Source of the DNA: Candidatus Methylomirabilota bacterium
Lineage (GTDB): Bacteria; Methylomirabilota; Methylomirabilia; Rokubacteriales; CSP1-6
NCBI GenBank assembly: GCA_046726415.1
Contig: JBKPAK010000189.1
Location: 1,154-65,153, forward strand
Direction of reading: 5' to 3'
Length of the DNA stretch: 64,000 nt
The notes beneath the pieces are model-generated. The model was not told the DNA's origin and did not search any database. It worked only from the letters and a program-made list of their open reading frames with translations. The position numbers and the translations under genes were made by a program. Positions within the stretch are counted from its first letter, which is position 1. Every line of letters begins with the position of its first letter. Positions 47,313 to 56,052 of this stretch are shown piece by piece.

Positions 47313-48349
47313 CCACTGTAACCGCGGCGAGGGGGAGCGCGCTCCTCCTCGCCGGGGCTCTCTGCCTCGGCGGATGCGCGGGGATGGCCGAGGTGACTGG
47401 CTCGGCCACCCAAGAGGATCTGCACCAGGTCCAGACCGACCTCTCCCGGCTCCAGCTGACCGTTCAGCGGATGCAGGGCAGTCTCGAGGCCGCCGCCGGG
47501 GCATCGGCCGGACGTTCGCGCGAGCAGATCACACAGGTCGAGCAACAGGTGACCGCATTGTCTCGACGAATCGAGGGTCTGACCACCTCGGTCACCGCGC
47601 TGAGCACTCGCGTCGACGAACTCAGCTCGCGGCTCGATGCGCAGGCGCGGCAGTCACGCGCCGCTCCGTCGGCTCCACCACGCCCCGCGATGTCCGCACC
47701 TTCGGCGCCGCCGGCCCCCGGTGTGCCACCGGCTAGTGCTCCGACCCCTGCCCCAGCCGCGCCGTCGGCTGCCACTCCGACTCCTGCCCAGCCCGCGACT
47801 CCGACCCCTGCCCCAGCTGTCCCCCCGGCCGCTACTCCGACCCCGGCCACCCCGTCGGCCAATATTCCGGCACCAGCCCCGCCGGTGGCGGTGCTGCCCC
47901 CTGGCGCTCGGGCCACGACAAGTGCTCCCGGCCCTCAGGACGCCTACCAGGCGGCATATATCGATTTCAGCAAGGGGAGCTATGCTTTGGCCGTCACCGG
48001 GTTCCGCGAGTTCCTGCGCCGCTATCCGGAACATGCGCTGGCTGGCAACGCTCAATACTGGATAGGCGAGGCCCAGCTTGGACTCGCGCGAAGCCAGGCG
48101 AACTCCGGGCAAGGGGATCGCGCCGCGCAAGCTCTGGAGCAGGCCGTGCAGGAGTTCCGGAAGGTGGTGGCGAACTACCCGCGCAGCGACAAGGCACCTG
48201 CCGCGCTTTACAAGGAAGCGCTCACCCTCATCGAGCTAAAGCAGCCGGCGGTCGCGCAAGCCCGCCTGCAGTACCTCGTTGATAATTTCCCTCAGGCTGC
48301 GGAGGCGCCGCTCGCCCGCGAGCAACTGGCAGCGCTGAAGGACCGCTAG
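47264..48349 (+). CDS. cpoB: CpoB/YbgF (Tol-Pal associated coiled-coil plus TPR protein).
   Basis: Signal/lipobox LGGCA, a coiled coil (LSRLQLTVQRMQ...), a Pro/Ala/Thr-rich linker and a C-terminal TPR (YQAAYIDFSKGSYALAVTGFREFLRRYPE). ATG at 47264 overlaps the pal 3' end. The alternative start is downstream. Confidence 0.75.
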   Translation: MLVSEPARPLPHQGAVATVTAARGSALLLAGALCLGGCAGMAEVTGSATQEDLHQVQTDLSRLQLTVQRMQGSLEAAAGASAGRSREQITQVEQQVTALSRRIEGLTTSVTALSTRVDELSSRLDAQARQSRAAPSAPPRPAMSAPSAPPAPGVPPASAPTPAPAAPSAATPTPAQPATPTPAPAVPPAATPTPATPSANIPAPAPPVAVLPPGARATTSAPGPQDAYQAAYIDFSKGSYALAVTGFREFLRRYPEHALAGNAQYWIGEAQLGLARSQANSGQGDRAAQALEQAVQEFRKVVANYPRSDKAPAALYKEALTLIELKQPAVAQARLQYLVDNFPQAAEAPLAREQLAALKDR

Positions 48350-48370
48350 CTCGCCGCTCCGGGCTCCTGC

Positions 48371-48847
48371 TCACTCGTCGAAGACCCAGACCACGGCGAC
48401 CTTGTCCGGCGTGTGATACACCATCGTCCCACCCGGGTACTGCGTGTTGGCCGCGGTGACGACGACCGATTCCTCGGACGCCCGTGGTGCCCAACCCTGG
48501 TACCACAGACCGACGGACAGCACCACCACGGCTGCCGCCGCGACACCGCTGAGCCCCCACCGCGCACCGGTGCGCGGCCACCGGCGCCGCCGTGCAACGG
48601 CCACCTGGCTGGCCGTGCCGTCCGCGATGCTCCTCACAATTCCCGGCCAGAAGCCAGTCCAGTCCGGATCGGCCGGGAAGACGATCGCTTGCTGGAGGAG
48701 CCCTTTCACGCGGCGCAGTGCGTCGATCTCTTGGCGGCAGCGATGGCACGCGTCGAGATGCCGTGTCATCGCCCGGGACGCCCCGGGATCAAGTGCGCCA
48801 TCGAGGTACGCGCCGACCCGTCGGCGAGAGAGGAGACAGATCACCAC
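48371..48847 (-). CDS. Anti-sigma factor, zf-HC2 (putative zinc-finger) family, single-pass membrane protein.
   Basis: CLLSRRRVGAYLDGALDPGASRAMTRHLDACHRCRQEID is the HxxxCxxC zf-HC2 signature, followed by TM helix VAAAAVVVLSVGLWY. Start placed at a GTG (VVICLL) to avoid overlapping the divergent hydrolase gene. Track ORF 48371..48910. Confidence 0.65.
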   Translation of the reverse strand: MVICLLSRRRVGAYLDGALDPGASRAMTRHLDACHRCRQEIDALRRVKGLLQQAIVFPADPDWTGFWPGIVRSIADGTASQVAVARRRRWPRTGARWGLSGVAAAAVVVLSVGLWYQGWAPRASEESVVVTAANTQYPGGTMVYHTPDKVAVVWVFDE

Positions 48848-48891
48848 GGCTGTTGGACGCTGCTCCCCGGGGCCGGTATTCTCATGCACCC

Positions 48892-49536
48892 ATGATAGCC
48901 GAGCGGGCAATCGCGCTCAGAACTCGCGATGGGATCAGCCTGGACGGGCGGCTCGCCGAATCGCCGGATTCCCGAGCTGGCGTCGTGGTATGTCACCCGC
49001 ACCCGCTATACGGCGGGGACATGGACAACCCGGTGGTCGTCCGCGCGGCCGAGGTTTGCGCCGGCCTGGGCCTGGCGGCGCTCCGCTTCAACTTCCGGGG
49101 GGTCGGTCAATCGTTGGGGAGGCACGGAAGCGGGCTTGACGAGCGGCTCGACGTCGAAGCCGCGCTCCACCAACTGCGCTCCACACTCTCCGTCGACGGA
49201 GACGTAGCCCTGGCGGGCTACTCCTTCGGCGCTTCAGTGGCGGCTCAGGTAGCTGCCGGGAGGGCCGATCTGACCGGCCTTTGCCTCATCGCGCCTCCCT
49301 TGGCGATCGAGGGGATGGCCCTCCCACCAGCTCTCGCCCAGTTCGGAGGATCGCTATGCGTGGTAGGCGGCACGCGTGACGAGTACTGCCCCGTGGCCTC
49401 CTTGCGCGCCCTGGGGCACAAGTTTCCCAACGCGCAGGTGACGATCGTAGAAGGCGCGAATCACTTCTTCTTCGGCAGGCTGTTCCCGCTGGGGGAGACA
49501 GTAGGCGCCTGGGCTCGCGCGGCCTGCATGAGTTAA
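48892..49536 (+). CDS. Alpha/beta-fold hydrolase (YqiA/S33-like serine hydrolase).
   Basis: GVVVCHPHPLYGGDMDNPVV...LAGYSFGASVAAQ (GxSxG nucleophile elbow). Start at M101 of track ORF 48592..49536. Confidence 0.7.
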   Translation: MIAERAIALRTRDGISLDGRLAESPDSRAGVVVCHPHPLYGGDMDNPVVVRAAEVCAGLGLAALRFNFRGVGQSLGRHGSGLDERLDVEAALHQLRSTLSVDGDVALAGYSFGASVAAQVAAGRADLTGLCLIAPPLAIEGMALPPALAQFGGSLCVVGGTRDEYCPVASLRALGHKFPNAQVTIVEGANHFFFGRLFPLGETVGAWARAACMS

Positions 49537-49575
49537 TGGCCGGCCGGAAAAGGCCCTATCGACGCGGCCCATGTC

Positions 49576-50202
49576 CTACGGCCGGGGAAGCCTTCTCGGA
49601 GTGGCCGTGCCGGCTGAAAAGATAATGCGGATGCCCTCCTCCACGCCCATCCCGGTATGGATGACGTCGTCGTGCGGCACGACCACCACCTCACCCAGGT
49701 ACAAATTGTTGGTAGGCACGAAGACCGTTACCATCTCCTGCTTGCCGGTCGGCGTGTCCACCAAAACCTCGCTCGTCACGAAGCCGAAGGCATAGGTACC
49801 CTCGCGAGGGTGCTGGACGAGTACCACGGCCTTGAAGGCACTGCGACGCTCGGGCGAGAAGGAATCGATCAGCATCTTCACCGAGGGATACAGCATTCGG
49901 TAGATGGGAAGGTTGAGGAGCACCCGCTCGCCCCAGCCGATCACCCGCCGCCCCACCACGTTGCGGGCGATGATCCCCATGACCAGGACGATGCCGACCG
50001 CGGTAAGGAAGCCGAGGCCGGGGGGGGGATGCCCGAACACTCGTGCGTAGACCGGCGCGAAGAAGTCGTCGATCTTGCTCCAGAAGATCCAGAGGAGCCA
50101 GGCGGTGGCGATAGCGGGCACGGTCACAAAGAACCCGGCCACCAAGCGAACCTTGAGCCAGGTCTTCAACCACGTCACCATCGCTAGGTAGCATGTCATC
50201 AC
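49576..50202 (-). CDS. DUF502-family membrane protein.
   Basis: Two N-terminal TM helices and NLPIYRMLYPSVKMLIDSF...VLVQHPREGTYAFGFVT, a DUF502 pattern. Confidence 0.6.
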   Translation of the reverse strand: MMTCYLAMVTWLKTWLKVRLVAGFFVTVPAIATAWLLWIFWSKIDDFFAPVYARVFGHPPPGLGFLTAVGIVLVMGIIARNVVGRRVIGWGERVLLNLPIYRMLYPSVKMLIDSFSPERRSAFKAVVLVQHPREGTYAFGFVTSEVLVDTPTGKQEMVTVFVPTNNLYLGEVVVVPHDDVIHTGMGVEEGIRIIFSAGTATPRRLPRP

Positions 50203-50936
50203 AGGGATCCAGGGCCGTCAAGGAACGCCCCTGTGCGCTCGTCACCGGCGGTGCCGTGCGCGTGGGACGCGCCATCGCCATGGCCCTCGCGCGGGAAGGC
50301 ATGGACGTCGCCATCGCATACTACGGCTCCAGGCAGGAGGCCCTCTGCACTCGGCGAGACCTCGAAGCCCTCGGGGCCCGCGCGGTGGCTATTCGGGCCG
50401 ACCTCACCTCGCCGATGGCAGCGGGCCGCCTTGTGCGTGAGGCCGCGGCGGCGCTCGGGGGCCTCGATGTCCTTGTCAACAACGCAGCGGTCTTCGCGCG
50501 CACGCCGTTCCGCTCCGTCACGCCGGCGACCTATGACCGCTTCCTCGATCTCAATCTGCGCGGCGCGTTCTTCTGTGCGCAAGCCGCCGCGGCCTTGATG
50601 GCTCGGCGCGGTGGCCATATCGTGAACATAGGCGACATCGCCTACCGGAAGGCCTGGCCCGGCTACATCCCGTATACGCTATCCAAGGCGGGCGTGGTCG
50701 CGCTGACGCGGAGCCTGGCGGTGGCGCTGCGTCCGAGGCGCATCGCGGTGAACTGCGTGGCGCCAGGAGCGGTACTACGGCCGGCCGGCTTTGCCCGCGC
50801 GCGCTGGAGGACCCTAACCCGCGGCCACGAGGGCTCGGCCGAGGACGTGGCGAAAGCGGTGGTCTTCTTCGCGACCTGTCCACCCTATATCACCGGCCAG
50901 ATTCTCGGTGTGGACGGCGGCGAAGGCGCCTGTTGA
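50193..50936 (+). CDS. SDR-family short-chain dehydrogenase/reductase.
   Basis: ALVTGGAVRVGRAIA (TGxxxGxG), NNAA, and the YTLSK catalytic YxxxK. Confidence 0.85.
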   Translation: MSSQGSRAVKERPCALVTGGAVRVGRAIAMALAREGMDVAIAYYGSRQEALCTRRDLEALGARAVAIRADLTSPMAAGRLVREAAAALGGLDVLVNNAAVFARTPFRSVTPATYDRFLDLNLRGAFFCAQAAAALMARRGGHIVNIGDIAYRKAWPGYIPYTLSKAGVVALTRSLAVALRPRRIAVNCVAPGAVLRPAGFARARWRTLTRGHEGSAEDVAKAVVFFATCPPYITGQILGVDGGEGAC

Positions 50937-50944
50937 CGAGCCGC

Positions 50945-51215
50945 CCTGCCGCCGCCTACGAGCAGTCGACGGCCCAGACCTGAAGCCCCCACGAGCAGTG
51001 GGCGACACCTGCTGCCGCCCACGAGCAGTTGACTAGCCGGACCTGAAGCCGCCCACGAGCAGTTGACTAGCCGGACCTGAAGCCGCCCACGAGCAGTTGA
51101 CTAGCCGGACCTGAAGCCGCCCACGCAGTTGACAAGCCGGACCTGAAGCCGCCCACGCAGTCGACAAGCCGAACCTGAAGCCGCCGACGAGCAGTCGACG
51201 AGGCGGGGAGGAGCG
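50945..51215. repeat. Non-coding tandem array of about 8 copies of a 32-34-bp unit. Three central copies are identical: gccgcccacgagcagttgactagccggacctgaa.
   Basis: Head-to-tail copies were read directly. Outer copies are degenerate (cagtcgac/cagtgggc variants, and a 2-nt deletion in two copies). There are no spacers, so it is not CRISPR-like. The unit length is not a multiple of 3. Confidence 0.85.
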
Positions 51216-51285
51216 AACGCTCCCCCCCGCCGTCGCCAAATTGGCGGTGGGGGGTGTCGGGGGGAGCGGCGCTCGCTCCCCCGAC
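51202..51285. terminator. Two GC-rich stem-loops between convergent genes (SDR on the plus strand, MBL on the minus strand); likely bidirectional terminators.
   Basis: GGCGGGGAGGAGCG-aa-CGCTCCCCCCCGCC (14-bp stem, 1 mismatch) and GTCGGGGGGAGCG-gcg-CTCGCTCCCCCGAC. The second lies 3 nt from the MBL stop. No U-tract, as is common at high GC. Confidence 0.4.
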
Positions 51286-51288
51286 GTC

Positions 51289-51996
51289 TCACGGAAGGAC
51301 GATGCGGCCCCCACCCATGGCACGCAGGAATTCGCCGAGCGACGTGAAGCGCATGAAGGCGTTGTCGCGCTTCTCGTCTCCGAGTGTCGACGAGGCGCCG
51401 CCATAGTTGTGCCCGGGAAGGAGGACGGTTTCGTTGGGCAGCGCTCCCAGCCGCTGGGTCAGCGAGTAGTACATCTCGGTGGGATCGCTTCCGGGAAGGT
51501 CCGTGCGCCCACACGAGCCGATGAAGAGGGTATCCCCCGATACAAGACGGCCGTCCACGAGAAAGCACTGCGAGCCCGGAGTGTGCCCCGGCGTGTGCAA
51601 GAACGTCAGGGTGAGACGTCCCACCGCAAGGGTGTCGTGATGATCGACCTTCACGAGATCCGACCCGAAGCCCTTCAAGAATTCGCGCTCGGCCTTGTGT
51701 ACGTAGACCTTGAGCGCGACGCGCTCGAGCAGCTCGTCAACGCCTGGGATACGTCCGGGCATCCCCCAGGAGGCGAGGCTGCCACCCACGTGATCCTGAT
51801 GCGTGTGGGTCACGAGCGCGCCTTTAAGGATCATCCCGTCGCGCGCCGCGGTGTCCACGATGGTGTCGATCTCCCAGGCTGGATCGACCACGACGCATTC
51901 CCGCGCGAGGGGGTCGCCGATGAGGTACACGAAGTTCTGCATCGGCCCCAGCTCCATCTGCTTCAGGTAGATATCCGGCTCGACCGGCGCGCTCAT
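51289..51996 (-). CDS. MBL-fold metallo-hydrolase (glyoxalase-II-like).
   Basis: THTHQDHVGG (HxHxDH), HTPGHTPG and GDTLF motifs. Start at M121 of track ORF 51289..52356. Confidence 0.8.
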   Translation of the reverse strand: MSAPVEPDIYLKQMELGPMQNFVYLIGDPLARECVVVDPAWEIDTIVDTAARDGMILKGALVTHTHQDHVGGSLASWGMPGRIPGVDELLERVALKVYVHKAEREFLKGFGSDLVKVDHHDTLAVGRLTLTFLHTPGHTPGSQCFLVDGRLVSGDTLFIGSCGRTDLPGSDPTEMYYSLTQRLGALPNETVLLPGHNYGGASSTLGDEKRDNAFMRFTSLGEFLRAMGGGRIVLP

Positions 51997-52000
51997 GAGG

Positions 52001-53764
52001 CTACCCCTTGAAGTCGTCGGGGACGTTAGGAAGATCGCCCAGCTGACGCGCCTCCAGCGCATAAATGGCCGGTGAGGCCTTGGTACGCACGAAGACGCGA
52101 TCTCCGTCCCGTTTGCCGACGAGGACCGTTCCGATCTCCTGGCCGCCAGCGCCACCCAACGCAATCTCCAGCTCCGGTGCGTCCAATCCGTAGCGGGCGG
52201 CATCCTCGCCACTCGGAGCCACCACGTCCTTCCATTTGAGCGCCCGCGCGGTGTAGACCAGATCGTCGACCTTTCCGCCCTTGGCCGGCCCCTTGGTCGG
52301 CTCGACCATGCGCCATTCGTCACCGTCCTTGCGCTCGAGCACGACGGTTTTCCCACCTCGCGTGACGGTCACTCGCCGGATGTCTTTGGGCTCCACGTTG
52401 CCCAGCAGTCGGCGGTCGCGAAGGTCGTTCACGGTCCGCCCGAGATCGTCGAGCGCCGTCGCGTCCACGAGTACCAGGGGACCCCGTCCGGCAACGGCGG
52501 CGTACGCCGAGGGTTGATTGCCTCGACGTTCCGTGGAGGGTGCGAGAAGCAGGGTCGTGGCCGCGCCCGCCTCGTCGGTGACGGTGACCCGCAACGCGGG
52601 CTTGGCGAGATAGCGCGAAATGCCCGAGGCGTCCTCGGTGAGAAAGGCCTGTGCCTTCAGTTCCCGCAGCTTGCGGACCAGCGCCCCCGCCTCCACCTGG
52701 TCGGCGGCCAGCGATTCCGGGGAGGCGATCCGCCACTGATTCTTCTCTCGGATGAGGGTCACCGCGCCCTTGGGACCATCGATCTCGATCTTGGCGGCCT
52801 TCTCGCGATCGAAGGCCAGCACGGTCTTGTCCCGCAACACGGCCACGTTCTTCGGGAGCGCCTTCCAGAGCTCCTCGGGAAGCAGGAGCACACTGGTCTC
52901 GCCAGGTCGCATGGCGTAGACGCCCTGCTTGGTGGGATCGACCTGGCCGACCAGGAGGCTCTTGGTGGCCCGGTCCTTGTCGCGTCCGGTGTGGACGTCG
53001 ACTCGCGTTGGGCGATCCAGCCCGTAGCTCTGGAGCGATGATGGGGACTCGGCCGCGAATTCCTTGACGCGCGCTGCGCCGAGCTTTTCCAGAAAGTCGC
53101 CGACGACGTCGGCATCGGCGGCCAGGGGCGCAGGCCGCGTCAGCCTCCACTTGCCGTCGGCCGACTCCAGCGCCAACGGGCCCTCGGAAGTGGTGATGTC
53201 GAGGCCGGCGACGCTCGAGCGATCGAAGGCGAGCACCGACTTGTCCCGGTAGTCCGTCACGGGGCGGGTGGCGTCGCGGAGGACACTCTCCGGAAGGGCG
53301 ACCACGGCAGACTTGCCCCGTTCCTGTCCGTACACCCAGACGCCGGTCGGGTTCTTCGCCCCGAGGCGCAAGCCGATCTGCTTTCCATCCTTGAGGGTGA
53401 GGGTGACGTCAGCCTTGGGCACGTCGAGCCCGTACTCGGCAAGAGAGGCGGGGTTGGCGGAGATCTCGCGGTCGGCCTTGGCCGTGAGAACAGATGTAAT
53501 GAGCTCCTCAATGGCGCCCCGGTCACCGCGCGTCGCCACTGGCGCCACCAGGCGCCAGGCGTCACCCTCGCGCTGGAACTTCACCACCTCAGCCCCTCGC
53601 TTGATCTCTACCGCCGTTACGTCGGCCGGCTCGGCGCTGAACACGCGTCCCTTGCGACCTTCGGCTTTCTCCCGCTCGGGACCCAGGCGGATCTCGTAGA
53701 CGTAGTAGAAGCCGCCGAGAAGGGCGAGGATGACGGCGAGGACGGCCGTCGTCTGCCAGCGCAT
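52001..53764 (-). CDS. DUF4340 domain protein (partner of GldG-type ABC auxiliary proteins).
   Basis: N-terminal TM (MRWQTTAVLAVILALLGGFYYVY), then repeated KDGxxWRLxxP-type segments typical of DUF4340. Start at M17 of the track ORF. Confidence 0.6.
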   Translation of the reverse strand: MRWQTTAVLAVILALLGGFYYVYEIRLGPEREKAEGRKGRVFSAEPADVTAVEIKRGAEVVKFQREGDAWRLVAPVATRGDRGAIEELITSVLTAKADREISANPASLAEYGLDVPKADVTLTLKDGKQIGLRLGAKNPTGVWVYGQERGKSAVVALPESVLRDATRPVTDYRDKSVLAFDRSSVAGLDITTSEGPLALESADGKWRLTRPAPLAADADVVGDFLEKLGAARVKEFAAESPSSLQSYGLDRPTRVDVHTGRDKDRATKSLLVGQVDPTKQGVYAMRPGETSVLLLPEELWKALPKNVAVLRDKTVLAFDREKAAKIEIDGPKGAVTLIREKNQWRIASPESLAADQVEAGALVRKLRELKAQAFLTEDASGISRYLAKPALRVTVTDEAGAATTLLLAPSTERRGNQPSAYAAVAGRGPLVLVDATALDDLGRTVNDLRDRRLLGNVEPKDIRRVTVTRGGKTVVLERKDGDEWRMVEPTKGPAKGGKVDDLVYTARALKWKDVVAPSGEDAARYGLDAPELEIALGGAGGQEIGTVLVGKRDGDRVFVRTKASPAIYALEARQLGDLPNVPDDFKG

Positions 53765-53771
53765 GGGACGG

Positions 53772-55289
53772 CTACTTCGCGGCGCGCCGCCGCACGGCGG
53801 CCACCACACCACCGGCCAGGACGACGGCCGGCAGCACCACCACCGGCAGCAGAAACACCAGCAAGCCCTGCTGGGAGGTGAGGAACACCGGCGCGGACTT
53901 CGTCTCCTTCGGACGGATGGAGATCTGATCCTCCTGCTCGGCGAGCCAGCTCACCGTGTTCAGGAAGAGGTCGCGATTTCCCTGCAAGTTGAGGAACTGG
54001 TTGGAGGCGAGATTCGAGGTGCCGTACACCACGATGCGAGCCTTGTCCTTGGTGACCACGACCGCCACCGAGGGGCCCTTGATGTCCTTGTCGTCGGCTC
54101 GCACCTCGCCGCGATTGAGGGCGGCGCGGTCCGTCTCCCCCCAGCTCTGCGGGCTGGTCTTCACCAGCGGCTGGACGTTCACGCCCCGCGGCGGGGCCTT
54201 GGCCGAGGAGACGCTGCGCGTAAGCGGGAACAGCGTAGTGATGCCGGCCATGTCGCGCGTGATGGGATGGGGCTCGTACTGCTGCACGATCGGCACCTCG
54301 GGACCGATCCCGAACATACGGCCAATGGGATTGGACTCGATGACGAGATCGTCGCCCAGGTCGACTCCGTAGGCGGCCAGGAACTTCTTCATCCCTTCGT
54401 TCTGGAAGGGATTGACCATGACGAGGAGCTTGCCGCCGCGGCCCAGGTACGCGTTCAGGGCGTCGATCTCCGGAGAGAGCGGATCGGTGCGCGGACCAGG
54501 ATCGATCACCACCGCCGCGTCGTCGGAGATCTTCCCCTCGCGGGTCAAGGCCAGCGGTTTCACCTCGTAGTTCGCACCCTCCAGGGCCTTCTTGGCTTCG
54601 CTGAAGCCGGCGCGGTCGGAGCTGTTCAGCTCGTGCTCGCCGTGGCCCTGGATGACATAGACGACGCGCTTGCCCTCGCGCGTCAGCCGCACCAGGCCGT
54701 TGGTGACCTTCTCTTCCTCAGCGTCGGTCACTTTCTCCGATTTGTCCTTGGTCTCCAGCACCACCGTGCCGTACGTCTCCACGTTGTAGCGGCGAGCGAG
54801 CCCCGGCTCGCGGTCGGGATCGACGACCTTCCAGGAGAAGCGCCCGCCCGCGTAGCGGGCGTATTGCTTGAAGAGATCTTCGGCCACGCGCTTTCCCGGC
54901 TGGTCGCTCCGGAAGAAGGCCACCGCGCTGACGTCAGTTTTCAGGTCTCGCAGGAGCTGGATGGTTTGCGGCGCCAGACTATTCCGGCGGTTCTCGGTGA
55001 GATCGAGACGGGCATTGTGCCGATAGGACACCGCCTCCACGATGGCAATGATGCCGAGGAGCAGCACGATCATGAGCGCGGTATTGAGCCCATAGCGGGC
55101 GGTTCGCCCGCGCAGGGTCGCGCGCGCCTCCCGCAGGTAGACCAGGAGCGACAGGACGACCAGAACGGCGCCCACGCCTACCAGCCACGGTCGGACCCGC
55201 AGCCAGTCGGGTCGCGCGAACGGCAGGATCACGGCCGCCGCCAACACGGCCAAGCCGACGTAGCCCGCCCACTCGAGGAGCTTGCGCAT
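53772..55289 (-). CDS. GldG-like ABC-transporter auxiliary component (ABC_transp_aux family).
   Basis: N-terminal and C-terminal TM helices flank a large periplasmic domain (VVYVIQGHGEHEL...KLLVMVNPF). Start at M113 of the track ORF. TGATG overlap with the upstream permease. Confidence 0.7.
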   Translation of the reverse strand: MRKLLEWAGYVGLAVLAAAVILPFARPDWLRVRPWLVGVGAVLVVLSLLVYLREARATLRGRTARYGLNTALMIVLLLGIIAIVEAVSYRHNARLDLTENRRNSLAPQTIQLLRDLKTDVSAVAFFRSDQPGKRVAEDLFKQYARYAGGRFSWKVVDPDREPGLARRYNVETYGTVVLETKDKSEKVTDAEEEKVTNGLVRLTREGKRVVYVIQGHGEHELNSSDRAGFSEAKKALEGANYEVKPLALTREGKISDDAAVVIDPGPRTDPLSPEIDALNAYLGRGGKLLVMVNPFQNEGMKKFLAAYGVDLGDDLVIESNPIGRMFGIGPEVPIVQQYEPHPITRDMAGITTLFPLTRSVSSAKAPPRGVNVQPLVKTSPQSWGETDRAALNRGEVRADDKDIKGPSVAVVVTKDKARIVVYGTSNLASNQFLNLQGNRDLFLNTVSWLAEQEDQISIRPKETKSAPVFLTSQQGLLVFLLPVVVLPAVVLAGGVVAAVRRRAAK

Positions 55290-56050
55290 CAGCCCTTCCA
55301 GCGGCGCGCTTCCAGCGAGCGCAGGGTCAAGAACAGGGCGAAGGCGATGAAGGTCACGTAATAGATGATGTCCCGGGTGTCCAGCACGCCCTTTCCGAAG
55401 TTGTCGAAGTGCTCGGTGAGTGACAGATGGGACAGGACGCGTCCGGTGGCGCCTCCCACCGTGTCGGCCGACCAGCCGATGACCCAGAAGATCAGCAAGA
55501 TGCCGAAGGTGGTCATGGCCGCCACGATCTGATTCTCCGTCAGCGAGGAGGCGAAGAGCCCGGCGGCGATGAAGGCGGCCCCCAGCAACAGGAGCCCGAT
55601 GTAGCCGGTCAGGATGGGTCCCCACTCCGGCCGCGCGAAAGAGAGGAGGAGTCCAGGGTACAGCAGGGTGAGAACTAGCATGATCACGTAGAGGACTAAG
55701 GCGGCCAGGAACTTACCGAGGAGGACGGCGCCGTCGCGCACAGGATAGGTGAGCAGGAGCTCGATCGTGCCTGATCGGCGCTCCTCCGCGAAGAGCCGCA
55801 TGGTCACCAGCGGCATGAGGAGAAGCAGGATGACGCTCACGTTGGAGAAGAGCGGGCGCAGCACCATATCGGTGACGTTGAGGTCTCGCCCCATCTGAGG
55901 ATTCATGGCCGTCTGGAGGGAGGCGCGCGTGAAGAAGTCGAAGATGGCGAAGAAGAAGTAGCCGGCCAGGACCAGAAAGACGGCGATGACCACGTAGGCC
56001 GTGGGCGACGTGAAGTAGAGTCGCATCTCCTTTTTGAAGATCGGCCACAC
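55289..56050 (-). CDS. ABC-2 type transporter permease (GldF-like).
   Basis: VWPIFKKEMRLYFTSPTAYVVIAVFLVLAGYFFF resembles GldF N-termini, with six TM helices. Start set to the GTG downstream of the ATPase stop. The N-terminal 50 aa of the track ORF are Arg/Gly-rich read-through. Confidence 0.75.
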   Translation of the reverse strand: MWPIFKKEMRLYFTSPTAYVVIAVFLVLAGYFFFAIFDFFTRASLQTAMNPQMGRDLNVTDMVLRPLFSNVSVILLLLMPLVTMRLFAEERRSGTIELLLTYPVRDGAVLLGKFLAALVLYVIMLVLTLLYPGLLLSFARPEWGPILTGYIGLLLLGAAFIAAGLFASSLTENQIVAAMTTFGILLIFWVIGWSADTVGGATGRVLSHLSLTEHFDNFGKGVLDTRDIIYYVTFIAFALFLTLRSLEARRWKG

Positions 56051-56052
56051 CC

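Noticed and set aside
50945-51215. Possible CRISPR array (a short repeated unit seen eight times).
   Set aside because: The units are directly adjacent with no intervening unique spacers, and no cas genes are nearby. It is a minisatellite-type tandem repeat, not CRISPR.
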